Both the position numbers and the translations under genes were made by a program. A model generated the notes under the pieces. That model was given only the letters and a program-made list of their open reading frames with translations, was not told the origin of the DNA and ran no database searches. A stretch of DNA of 64,000 nt. It comes from Octopus vulgaris. Lineage: Eukaryota. Of this stretch, positions 53,884 to 64,000 are shown piece by piece (within the stretch, counting starts at the first letter, position 1; every line of letters starts with the position of its first letter). Location: positions 37,200,001 to 37,264,000 of the forward strand of contig OX597838.1 in NCBI GenBank assembly GCA_951406725.2. The letters run 5' to 3'.

Positions 53884-54259
53884 ATGTATATATGTATGTG
53901 AATATATGTATACATGCATATGTATATGTGTGTGTATATATACACACACACACACACATATATATATGTATATCTACAAATACAGACACATACACATATG
54001 TATATATGTCCGCATATTAGTGAATAGAATGAAATGTGGATTCAGAGAATGGTTTTGTTTTCTCAGGAAGCTCCTCTCATGGACTTGGCTAACAGTTCAC
54101 ACAGCAGTCCAATACAAAGAAGTGTAATGTAGAGTGTTCAAACTTGGAGGCCTTGTGCCTATACTAGGCAATTATTATTAATATTATTGTTACTGTTGTT
54201 GTTGTTGTTGGTATCATTCTTAGCATCATCATCATTTTTGTTTTCAATTTCTCTTTCAG

Positions 54260-54541
54260 TTCACCAGAGACTGCGATATACACATCAGACAAATCTGCTG
54301 ATGAGGGCATCGACGTGAGAGCCCCTCGACCAGCCCAGAAAATCAACAAACTGCTTGCTGAAGCTGTTGGCCAAAGCACTGACCATGCTGCAGCAACAAA
54401 GAAGGACTCTTACAAATCGCCACCAGTCGTTTGCCAGACCCAGAAACGATCCCTATCGGCATCTTCTTCCTCTTCTTCCTCGTCCTCTTCTTCCTCCTCT
54501 TCATCTTGTTCTTCTCGTGCAACTTGCGATGTCACCCAAAG
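54260..54541 (+). CDS. Internal 282-nt coding exon (exon c): SPETAIYTSDKSADEGIDVRAPRPAQKINKLL...SLSASSSSSSSSSSSSSSSCSSRATCDVTQ
   Basis: Acceptor ttttcaatttctctttcAG, donor AAG|GTATGT. Phase 2/2 with 93 full open codons (contains most of ORF 54315..54569). AG of exon b plus T gives AGT (Ser) in frame. Confidence 0.85.
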
Positions 54542-54656
54542 GTATGTATCTCTTGTTATTTCATATTAAAAATTTTATGTGTTTGTCCAATTTTATTGTT
54601 TTTATTTAAGTTTTTAAATTTCAATTTCTTTCATTTTTCATCTTTTTGGATACTTA

Positions 54657-54965
54657 TGTGCAATGGCCCAGTGGTTAGAGTAGTGGACTCGCGGTCGTAA
54701 GATCACGGTTTCGATTCCCAGACCAGGCGTTGTGAGAGTTTATTGAGCGAAAACACCTAAAGCTCCATGAGGCTTTGGCAGTGGGGTGGTGGCAATCCCT
54801 GCTGTACTCTTTCGCCACAACTTTCTCTCACTCTTTCTTCTGTTGGCCTGCTCACTTAGCCAGTGGGGTGGCGTCATTTGAAGGCTAAAACAATACGAAC
54901 ACATTGTGACCAGCGATGTGTAGCAAAATCTTATAGCCTGCTTGGTCACGGTGATTACGGTGATA
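54657..54965 (+). mobile_element. SINE family H, full length
   Basis: A box tggcccagtggtt, B box ggtttcgattccc, (cacggtgat)n-type tail. Confidence 0.87.
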
Positions 54966-54983
54966 TATATATATATATATATT

Positions 54984-55168
54984 AGGGAGAATTCAGAAAA
55001 AAACAAGACGAAGACAGGTTGTGTAGAAAAGAAACAGTTGTATTCGTATAACGCTCGGGAATTGAGAAAAGTCTTTAATGTTTCGAGCCTATGCTCTTCC
55101 ACAGAAAGGAACACAGAAAGAAACAAGGAGAGAAAAAATGTGTGTAGTGGCTAGCGATCTATCATGGT
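54984..55168 (-). mobile_element. Family F short element after (TA)n, with a hammerhead-like motif at 55073-55108
   Basis: Reverse complement: cttt-CTGTGGA-a-GAGC(atag)GCTC-GAAAC-att-aaag. Confidence 0.68.
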
Positions 55169-55322
55169 GATCTATCACACATATATACACTTATATTCAT
55201 ATCCATACATACAAACATACATTCATAAATTTGCATTTAAACACTCAAATAGAGAGATATATAGACCAGGTCTTTGTCCTCCATCTTTCTCTCTTTAGGT
55301 ATAGACTCTCTCTGTTTTGTAT

Positions 55323-55607
55323 ATGCACATTGTACCAGACACATACACACACATACATCTTACGTATATAGACACACCCACTCAAACATAGATACACACA
55401 GACATATACACATAGCCATACTTATGCACATGTATACACAAACACAACTATACATGTGCATACGCCCACACACATATGCGCACTTCATAAACACACATGC
55501 ACACACACACACAACTATACACGAGCGCGGTAACCCGCACACATGCATATACATAAACACACAATTATGCACATCCATACATACACACAACCATACATGA
55601 GAACACC

Positions 55608-55654
<47 letters not shown>

Positions 55655-56105
55655 ACACACACATACACACACACACATACACACACACTCACACACAGAG
55701 TCAGTGGTGAGACGTAATTCTACAAGATGCTGCTGAATTATAATCCTACAAATTATGATGAGACTGTGTGTGTATGTGTGTATATGTGTGTGTGTGTATG
55801 TGTGTGTGTATGTGTGTGTGTGTGTGTATTGATGTTCTCATGTATGGTTGTGTGTATGTATGGATGTGCATAATTGTGTGTTTATGTATATGTATGTGTG
55901 TGGGTTACCATGCTCGTGTATAGTTGTGTGTGTGTGTGTGTGTGTTTATGAAGTGTGCATATGTGTGTATATGCACACGTATAGTTGTGTTTGTGTATGA
56001 ATGTGCATAAGTATGTCTATGTGTATATGTGTGTATGTCTATGTTTGAGTGGGTGTGTCTATATACGTATGATGTATGTGTGTGTATCTGTCTGGTACAA
56101 TGCAT
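55323..56105. repeat. Long inverted duplication of degenerate (CA)n sequence (arms ~55323-55702 / ~55761-56105)
   Basis: Unique interruptions are mirrored: ttgtaccagac/gtctggtacaa, gacacacccactcaaacatag/ctatgtttgagtgggtgtgtc, ccatacatgagaaca/tgttctcatgtatgg. Confidence 0.9.
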
Positions 56106-56658
56106 GTGTGTGTATGTCTATATATGCGTATGTATGTGTGTATATATATATATATGTTTGTGTGTGTGTGTGTGTGTAAAATATATTGTTTCCTGCCAAG
56201 TAAATATGTTTACAGTGATATACCATACATGTAGAGGCCACAATTTATCATCACCCCCATCGCTGTCTCTGGAACATCTTTAGCCAATAGAAATGAGCCA
56301 AAGTGAAAAAACCACCCACCAGGCCCCCCTCCCCCTTCGCACTTTTGTACAAGTTTGGGCGAATGAGATGCTGTTGCTGGTGTTGTTGTTGTTGTTGCGC
56401 ACTATGTCAGTTTTGCATTAAGCAGACCCATGATCATCGGCATATTCCAGGGGCCCCATTTTAGCTTCGTGGTCCCATAATCATTATAAATATATAAATT
56501 AAGTCATGGCTGTGTAGTAAGATGTTTGCTTCCCGATCACATGGCTCTGGGTTCAGTCCCACTGCATGGCACCTGGGGCAAGTGTTTTCCACTATAACCT
56601 TAATACAACCAAAGCCTTGTGAGTAGATTTGGTAGACAGAAACTGAAAGAATTCCATC

Positions 56659-56692
<34 letters not shown>

Positions 56693-56693
56693 T

Positions 56694-56914
56694 TCAATAG
56701 GTTAATGAATTATCCTATGTTTATCGTCAGCATGGGAAATTCGTTGAACGGATACCAGGGTAGCAAATTCACGTCAAAAACATTATTGAAGCGACCTGTC
56801 CAAGGGTAGAAACTCCGGGACCATTTGCAGAAATTTGTGTGTTATATATGAATAAATGAAAGAATGGAGTCGAACAAAGATGTTAACAAAATTCCTTTAC
56901 TCTTCCATTCTTTC

Positions 56915-56921
<7 letters not shown>
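56694..56921 (-). mobile_element. Sister copy of the 12513-13023 element lacking the hammerhead, in (TA)n
   Basis: Shares aataaatgaaagaatggagt.gaaca...aacaaa.ttccttta and (reverse complement) tgacgtgaatttgc.accc.ggtatc with 12820-13020. Confidence 0.78.
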
Positions 56922-56965
<44 letters not shown>

Positions 56966-57551
56966 CATCGTCATCAGCCATTGTTTAACGTCCATTTTCC
57001 ATGCTAGCACGGGTTGGACCGTTCAACCGGGGTCTGGGAAACCAGGAGGCTGCACCAGGCTCCAGTCTGATCTGGCAGTGTTTCTACAGCTGGATGCCCT
57101 TCCTAACACCAGCCTTGGGTTCAATCCAGTCGACTAAAAATTTTTCAAGGTGGTGCCCCAGCTTGGTCACAGGGTAATGGCTGAAACATGTAAAAGATGA
57201 AGATAATTAATCAAGACAAAAAAACTTAATGTACCCACAGGTGTAGCTAGGTGAGGTGATGGCTGCAGGGGTAGTCTGCGCCGGGCGGCACTTTTAAACG
57301 GGCAGCAGTTTTAGATCTGCTGTAGGCAATATATGGTTTTTTGTGGGGTATGGGGGTAGCAAATGCTAGTGAATGTGCTGCCACACTCTATTTATTAGAG
57401 TAAAAGAGTATATAACAGCCTTGAGAATGCGCTAACCCTCACACAATTATAATCACACTTCCATCTACGCACCATCCTTATTTATAATTATTATCATTGT
57501 CACAAAGTACCCAGACACTTCCAAATAAATATTATGAGCATTTGATTAGGG

Positions 57552-57770
57552 CAGTGCTTTTCAAACTTTTTGCTGGAGCGGAACCCCAAGGAAACATTCC
57601 ACTGGCTCAAGGAACCCCTGTGCAATAATTTAATAGTCTTATGCACACATATCTGCACAGGAGAAATAAAAATTGCTGCCGATTTTAGCAGTTTTGTAAC
57701 TTCTTACGGAACCCCTAGACTGTATTGGTGGGACCCTAAGGTTCCGCGGAACCCTGGTTGAAAACCCCTG
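57552..57770. mobile_element. hAT (Charlie-type) MITE, 219 bp, with an intact 8-bp TSD
   Basis: TSD gattaggg at 57544-57551 and 57771-57778; imperfect TIRs CAGTGCTTTTCAAAC / GGTTGAAAACCCCTG; internal ggaaccc repeats. Confidence 0.92.
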
Positions 57771-58954
57771 GATTAGGGTATGAGGCTGTAGAGAAAACTG
57801 CCTTGACAAACTCCATCCAATCTCTTCAAATATGGAAATCTGGAAATTAAAAATTATGATGGTGATGGTGGTGGTGGTGATGAGTATGGTAGTGGTAGTG
57901 GAAATGGTGGGGGTGGTGATGGTGATGGCAAGTGTGGTGGTGATGATGAATATGGTGGTGGAAATGGTGGTGGTGGTGGTGATGGTGATGAAGGTGGTGG
58001 TGGTGGTGATGGTAGTGGAAATGGTGGTGCTGATGATGGTGGGGATGAGTATGGTAGTGGTGGTGGGGATGAGTATGGTAGTGGTAGTGGAAATGGTGGA
58101 GGTGATGGTGGTGGTGATGGCAGTGATGGTGATGGCAAGTGTGGTGGTGATGATGAATATTGTGGTGGAAATGGTGGTGATGGTGATGAAGGTGGTGATG
58201 GTGGTGGTGGTGGTGGTAGTGGTGGTCATGATGGTGAGGATAATGTCTCTCACTAATTTGTAACGAGTTTTCTTTCTCTTTTTTTTTATTGTTTTTTAAA
58301 TGAACGCAATTTTTGGCTATTTTGGGGGACACTAATTCCAAAGTATTGCAACAGTTCTTGTCCAAGAAGTCAACTTTTAACCTCTAAACACACAAGGCCA
58401 GAAATGCGAAATTACTTGTGTTTTGGCATTTTAGTGAAATCACCAACTGTATGAATTCTTCATTTCAAAACTTATTTTCCGTTCATTTAAAACTGAAGTA
58501 GCATCTACAAGAATTCTCTGAGATGAAAATTACTTTCTTTACAAAGAGTATTCATCTCAACTACTGAGTAGTTACAGTCCATCATCATCATCACCATCAT
58601 CAGCGCTGATGTCCACTTTTCCATGCTTAACATGGATCAGATGGAATTTTGTTGAGGTACATTTTTCTACAGGTGGATGCCCTTCCTGTTGTCAACCCTC
58701 ACCTGTTTACTAGTAAGGTAATATTTCCCCATGACCAGATGACATGTTGATAGTTCCTTTAAACATGCCAGCATGGAAGGAGAATGTTAAACGATGATGA
58801 TGATGATGATGAGTCGACTTTGCCTTTCATCCTTTCGGGGTCAATTAAATAAGTACCAGTTACGCACTGGGGTCGATATAATCTACTTTATCCGTTTGTC
58901 CTCTCTGTGTTTAGCCCCTTGTGGGTAGTAAAGAAATAGATATATATATATATA

Positions 58955-59255
58955 GGTGCACCTAGAAAGTTCTCCTCTGGTGCACAAGTCCACGGAAGGT
59001 TTTTTTCTGGAAGACATGCAATCATCCATGCATACCTGCCTCCCCTCTCCACGCCACTGATGTTGTCCAAGGGAAAGACAAAGGGGCCGAAACAGCCTGG
59101 CATCACTGATGTCACAACTCATTTCTACAGCTGAGTGAACAGGAGCAATGTGAGAAATAGTGTGTCTTGCTCAAGAACACAACAGTCTGGGAATTGAACT
59201 TGCTACCTCATGATCATGAACTCGACACTCTAACCACTGAGCCATCAACCTTCAC
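58955..59255 (-). mobile_element. Degenerate tRNA-derived SINE (family C head, third tail type)
   Basis: Reverse complement: tggctcagtggttagagtgtc...agttcaattccc...tgtgttcttgagcaagacac. Confidence 0.65.
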
Positions 59256-59820
59256 ATACACATACATACATATACATGCATATACAACATACACATACAT
59301 ATACAGGCATGTACAACATACACATACATACATATACAGGCATATACAAAATAGGTCTCAAAAGTAAGTAGACATCATTTTTGAAAGATTTATTCCCAGT
59401 AATAAAATAATATAATTTGATCTTGTGTTCAGTAGACAATTTAATTGTGAAACATGTCTGGACATCATACTAAAAATCTGGTGACCATGCAAATAAAACA
59501 GTATAAGGAGAGGGCTGTCTATTTACCTTTGAGGCATGTGTGTGTGTGATGATGAAGATCATCGTCATTTAACATCCATTTTCCATGCTGGCATGGGTTG
59601 GATGGCTTGACAGGAACTGGTTCCATACTACAGGAACTGGTTTGGTTCCTATGGCTGGATGCCCTTCCCAACACCAACCACTTTACAGAAGGTACTGAGT
59701 GATATTTATGTGGTACCAGCACTCACACCAGGACCTCTTGCATGGCACCTTGGTTTTAGGTTCTCAGTCCTGTTGCGGTGGGTGGGTCTTCTTGGGCAGG
59801 TCCACAGTCTTGTGTGTATG

Positions 59821-59888
<68 letters not shown>

Positions 59889-59890
59889 TA

Positions 59891-60025
59891 TATAGAGTGA
59901 TTCAAAAGTCTCCATACGTAGGAAAAATTTTTTTTTTCCTAAAAACAGTTTATAAGATCCACCAGATCCCCTGATCCCTTGATCTGGCCCCTCTTGATTT
60001 CTATCTTTGGGGGCATTTGAAAGAA
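59891..60025 (+). mobile_element. Internally deleted Tc1/mariner-superfamily fragment (DD37D/DD41D-like)
   Basis: TA-tagagtgattcaaaagtc TIR-like start; translates SLDLAPLDFYLWGHLK (SPDLxPLDFxLWGxLK motif). Confidence 0.7.
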
Positions 60026-60234
60026 TACAACAGAATACAAATGCTAATATACAACAAAAGACTGCAACCAGAACCCTTAATAAAATAGACTGGCGTGCAC
60101 ACTCCCAACAGCAAAAAAAGAACCTGCAATGCCTCATACACCCCAGCAACATGGAGGTGTAGCAGGTGATACAGTAGAAATTTGCCTGAAACTACCAAAT
60201 TTTGAATAATAATAATAATAATAACAAAAATAAT

Positions 60235-60536
60235 AGAAAGAAAAGTCGAGATATGACAGGTTAGCTTGGAAAGTTAAGCAGTTGTGGTCGATAAAAAAGG
60301 TAGCAGTAGTACCAATAATTGTCAGAGCCCCGGGAACAGTGAGCAAAAATTTCTCAAGAAGTACGTGGAAGAAATTGGTGTTGCAATAAGGGCTAGCACT
60401 TGCAGAAAACAGCACTGCTTGGAACCGCTCAAATACTCCGGAGGGTGCTCAAAAAATAAAAGGTGTTACCTTAGTTCACTGGTAGTGAACAGGTGACACC
60501 ATAGTCATCTCCAGCGTTAGAAACTGTGCAAAGGCA
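60235..60536 (+). mobile_element. R4/Dong-type RLE LINE 3' end in (AAT)n
   Basis: EKSRYDRLAWKVKQLW...VVPIIV...LQKTALLGTAQILRRVL; AAT repeats on both sides. Confidence 0.82.
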
Positions 60537-60993
60537 ATAATAATAATAATAATGATAATAATAATAATTATTATTATTATTCGTGATCAAAGGGGTATCT
60601 GCTTTCTTCCATCAAGTGTTTATATGTCCCAATGCTGGACTATTTAATTTAGTCAATACATGGTGATCACTTACAAGATTTAAGCTTATGAATTATTATT
60701 ATCATCATTATTATTATCATTATTATTATTGTTATTATTATTATTATTACATATATTATATATCTATCTATCTATCTCTCTCTATATATATATATATATG
60801 AGTGGCTGTGTGGTAAGTAGCTTGCTTACTAACCACATGGTTCCAGGTTCAGTCCACCTGTGTGGCACCTTCTATTGTAGCCTTGGACTGACCAAAGCCT
60901 TGTGAGTGGATTTAGTAGATGGAAAATGAAAGAAGCCTTCCATGTATATATATACATATACATATATATATATACATACATATACACATACAT

Positions 60994-61053
<60 letters not shown>

Positions 61054-61057
61054 ATAC

Positions 61058-61098
<41 letters not shown>

Positions 61099-61676
61099 TA
61101 TATATATATATTACTAGGCTTACAAAGAATAAGTCCTGGGGTCGATCTGCTTGACTAAAGGTGGTGCTTCAGCATGGCCACTGTCAAATGACTGAAGCAA
61201 ATAGAATAAAGATTATATATATATATGTTCGTGTGTGTGTGTGTGATGGGCTTCTGTCTCTTTCATTCTACCAAATCCACTCACAAGACTTCAGTTGGGC
61301 CGGAACTGGAGCTATAACAGAAGACCCTTATGCAAGGTGCAGTGCAGTGGGATTGAACCCGTGTCTGCATACCAAAAAGAAAACAAAAAAAAAAACATAA
61401 TAGTTAAGTTAGTGTTAACGTGGTAGTTGGCATTCGGACAGCTCAGATTGAAACACACAGCAAAAGTGCCAAAACACTTACAATACATTTGAAATGCCAT
61501 GATGCAATAGGCTGTCCAAGCTGTTGGACGGTCAGGTTTTAATCTCAGATTTAGTCAGCCATCTATCTTTTGTTAAAAGTTAGTTTGCTAGTGTTATGGC
61601 CTAACAAAGCACCAATCTTTTCCTGTTGTTGCCCATACATACATACGTACATATATTTGTGTATGTGCATATAAAA

Positions 61677-61714
<38 letters not shown>

Positions 61715-61716
61715 GG

Positions 61717-61750
<34 letters not shown>

Positions 61751-61784
61751 GTATATGGATATATATATATATATATATGTATAT

Positions 61785-61851
<67 letters not shown>

Positions 61852-61901
61852 CTAGATGCATTCATATATGTGTATGTATTGTTCATACATATATATATAT
61901 A

Positions 61902-61944
<43 letters not shown>

Positions 61945-63021
61945 ATATGTACATACATTGGTCCATACATAATTAAAATATATATTTATATACATATACA
62001 TGTACTATATTTATTATAATCTATACACATTTATGCTACATACATAGACATATATATGTGCATATATCTATAAGTACATGTATATGCATACATACAGACA
62101 TATATATATATTCACACACACACATTATATATATACATATATATACATATATATACACACACACAAACATATGTATGTATATATGGCAGCCTGCATTCAA
62201 TGCAGTCGTTCAATAAAGTCAATTAAATGTATGAAAGCGACTAAATTATAGGTCACTTTGTCAAACAAGCTGTCATTGACCAGGGGTTGTTGGGTGGTGA
62301 CGGTGGTGGGTGGCAGTGGTAGTAGAACTGGCAATGGAAGTAACAGTGTTAGTAGTGTTAGTAGTTGTTGTTGTGGTGGTGGTGGTGGTGGTGGTGGTGG
62401 TGGTTGTTATTTGGTTGGTTGCTCAGTCGGACATTTGGGCTGTCCGCCTGTCGGTCCTGCCTGCCTGTCTGTCTGTCCAGTGAATGGACTGTGTGTATTT
62501 GTATTTGGAACTATGTGGTGGTGGTGGTGGTGGTCATCGTTGTCTTCTTGGTGTTGAGGGGTGCTGCTGTTGTTGTTGTTGTTGTTGTGGTGGTGGTGTC
62601 GAGGAGTGTTGCTGTTGTTGGTGGTGTCAAGGGATGTTGTTGTTGTTAGTGGTGGTGGTCATAATGGTGACACAAATGGTGACTGTAATGGTAGTGGTAG
62701 CCTTGGTGGTGATAGTGTTGGCAGTGGTACATGCAGTAGTGGTGATGGTAGTGGTATAGCTGCTGGTGGTGGTGGGTTGTATAGCTTGTTGGTTAATACT
62801 TTTTATGGTAGAGAGAGATAACCATTAGCAAAGATGGTGTTTGTGTGTTAGTTGCTGTTGTGTACATGGTGGTGGTGGTGGTGATGATTGTTGTGGTGTT
62901 TGTCTTGTGTTGGGTGCAGTGTTAGCAGCTATACTGGTGATTGTCTTCTACTATAGCCCCAGGCTGACCAAAGTCTCTCATGGGTGGTTTCAGTTGATGA
63001 AAACTAGAAGAAGCCATTATG

Positions 63022-63052
<31 letters not shown>

Positions 63053-63053
<1 letters not shown>

Positions 63054-63457
63054 CTCTTTACTCTTTTACTTGTTTCAGTCATTTGACTGCGGCCATGCTG
63101 GAGCACTGCCTTTAATCGAGCAACTCAACCCTGGGACTTATTCTTTGTAAACCCAGTACTTATTCTATCGGTCTCTTTTGCCGAACTGCTAAGGAACGGG
63201 GACATAAACACACCAGCATCGGTTGTCAAGCAATACTAGGGGGACAAACACAGACACACAAACACACACACACATACACACATATATATATATACATATA
63301 TATGACGGGCTTCTTTCAGTTTCTGTCTACCAAATCCACTCACAAGGCTTTGGTCGGCTCGAGGCTATAGTAGAAGATGCTTGCCCAAGGTGCCATGCAG
63401 TGGGACTGAACCCGGAACCATGTGGTTGGTAAACAAGCTACTTACCACACAGCCACT
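63053..63457 (-). mobile_element. SINE family A, near full length
   Basis: Homology to the other A copies. Confidence 0.9.
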
Positions 63458-63847
63458 CATACTTACTCATATCGAAGGGAAATGGAAATCAATAGAAATT
63501 TCCATTTCCAGTGGCCTAGCATGTAAAAATTTAGTCCAAAGACTATGTATTAGTCATAAGATACAGTATACATTTAAACACAAAAGGAATCCACACGTGG
63601 GATTCAACACACTAGAAAGAACAGCTAGGTTCTATAACCACAAAATTAGGGATAAAATCCTGACAGGAACATAATGAAAAAATAAAAACTTTTAACCATC
63701 TAGATTCCTGGACCGATTGGTTTCTAATTTTAGTTTAGCAAATAAATAATATTCGCTTGGTGAAATCTTCATCATCAGGTACACCTTAGATTAAATATAT
63801 AAAACACGAGGCAATCTACTATGTGCCTCTTGTTTAAATGTACACTG

Positions 63848-63889
<42 letters not shown>

Positions 63890-64000
63890 CAAACACTGAG
63901 ATTTGAAATCAGATGTCACTACTGTCCATGTCATCTGTGGATAAATTTAAAAATTGATATCACCACCAGTGACATAGGTGAATCGCAGGGGCAATAGCAT

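Noticed and set aside
57237-57390. Possible second hAT-like fragment (GC-rich gccgggcggca)
   Set aside because: No matching TIR or TSD found.

Overview
Repeat-dominated, AT-rich eukaryotic genomic DNA, very likely from an octopus (coleoid cephalopod). This assignment is an inference from the extreme microsatellite load and the tRNA-derived SINE families. The window appears to lie inside one large + strand gene. Three mutually frame-compatible exons (8470-8514, 18172-18276, 54260-54541; all phase 2, AG/GT borders) encode a Lys/Arg/Ser-rich low-complexity peptide and are separated by introns of about 9.7 kb and 36 kb. The introns hold several SINE families (labelled A, B, C/H, D and G here), two decayed mariner elements, a Tc1/mariner fragment, an intact hAT MITE with an 8-bp TSD, a Helentron-like element, several R4/Dong-type LINE 3' ends in (AAT)n tracts, and Penelope-like element (PLE) debris. 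The most interesting signal is a set of minimal type I hammerhead-ribozyme motifs in short elements, most embedded in (TA)n. It includes an inverted pair of intact-looking hammerheads at about 12.5-12.9 kb, a sister copy that stops at the predicted self-cleavage site, and a family with an apparently fixed non-canonical core (CUGUNGA). Nearly all long ORFs in the supplied track are microsatellite artefacts. No database search or folding program was run; family names rest on motif recognition, and most repeat boundaries are approximate.
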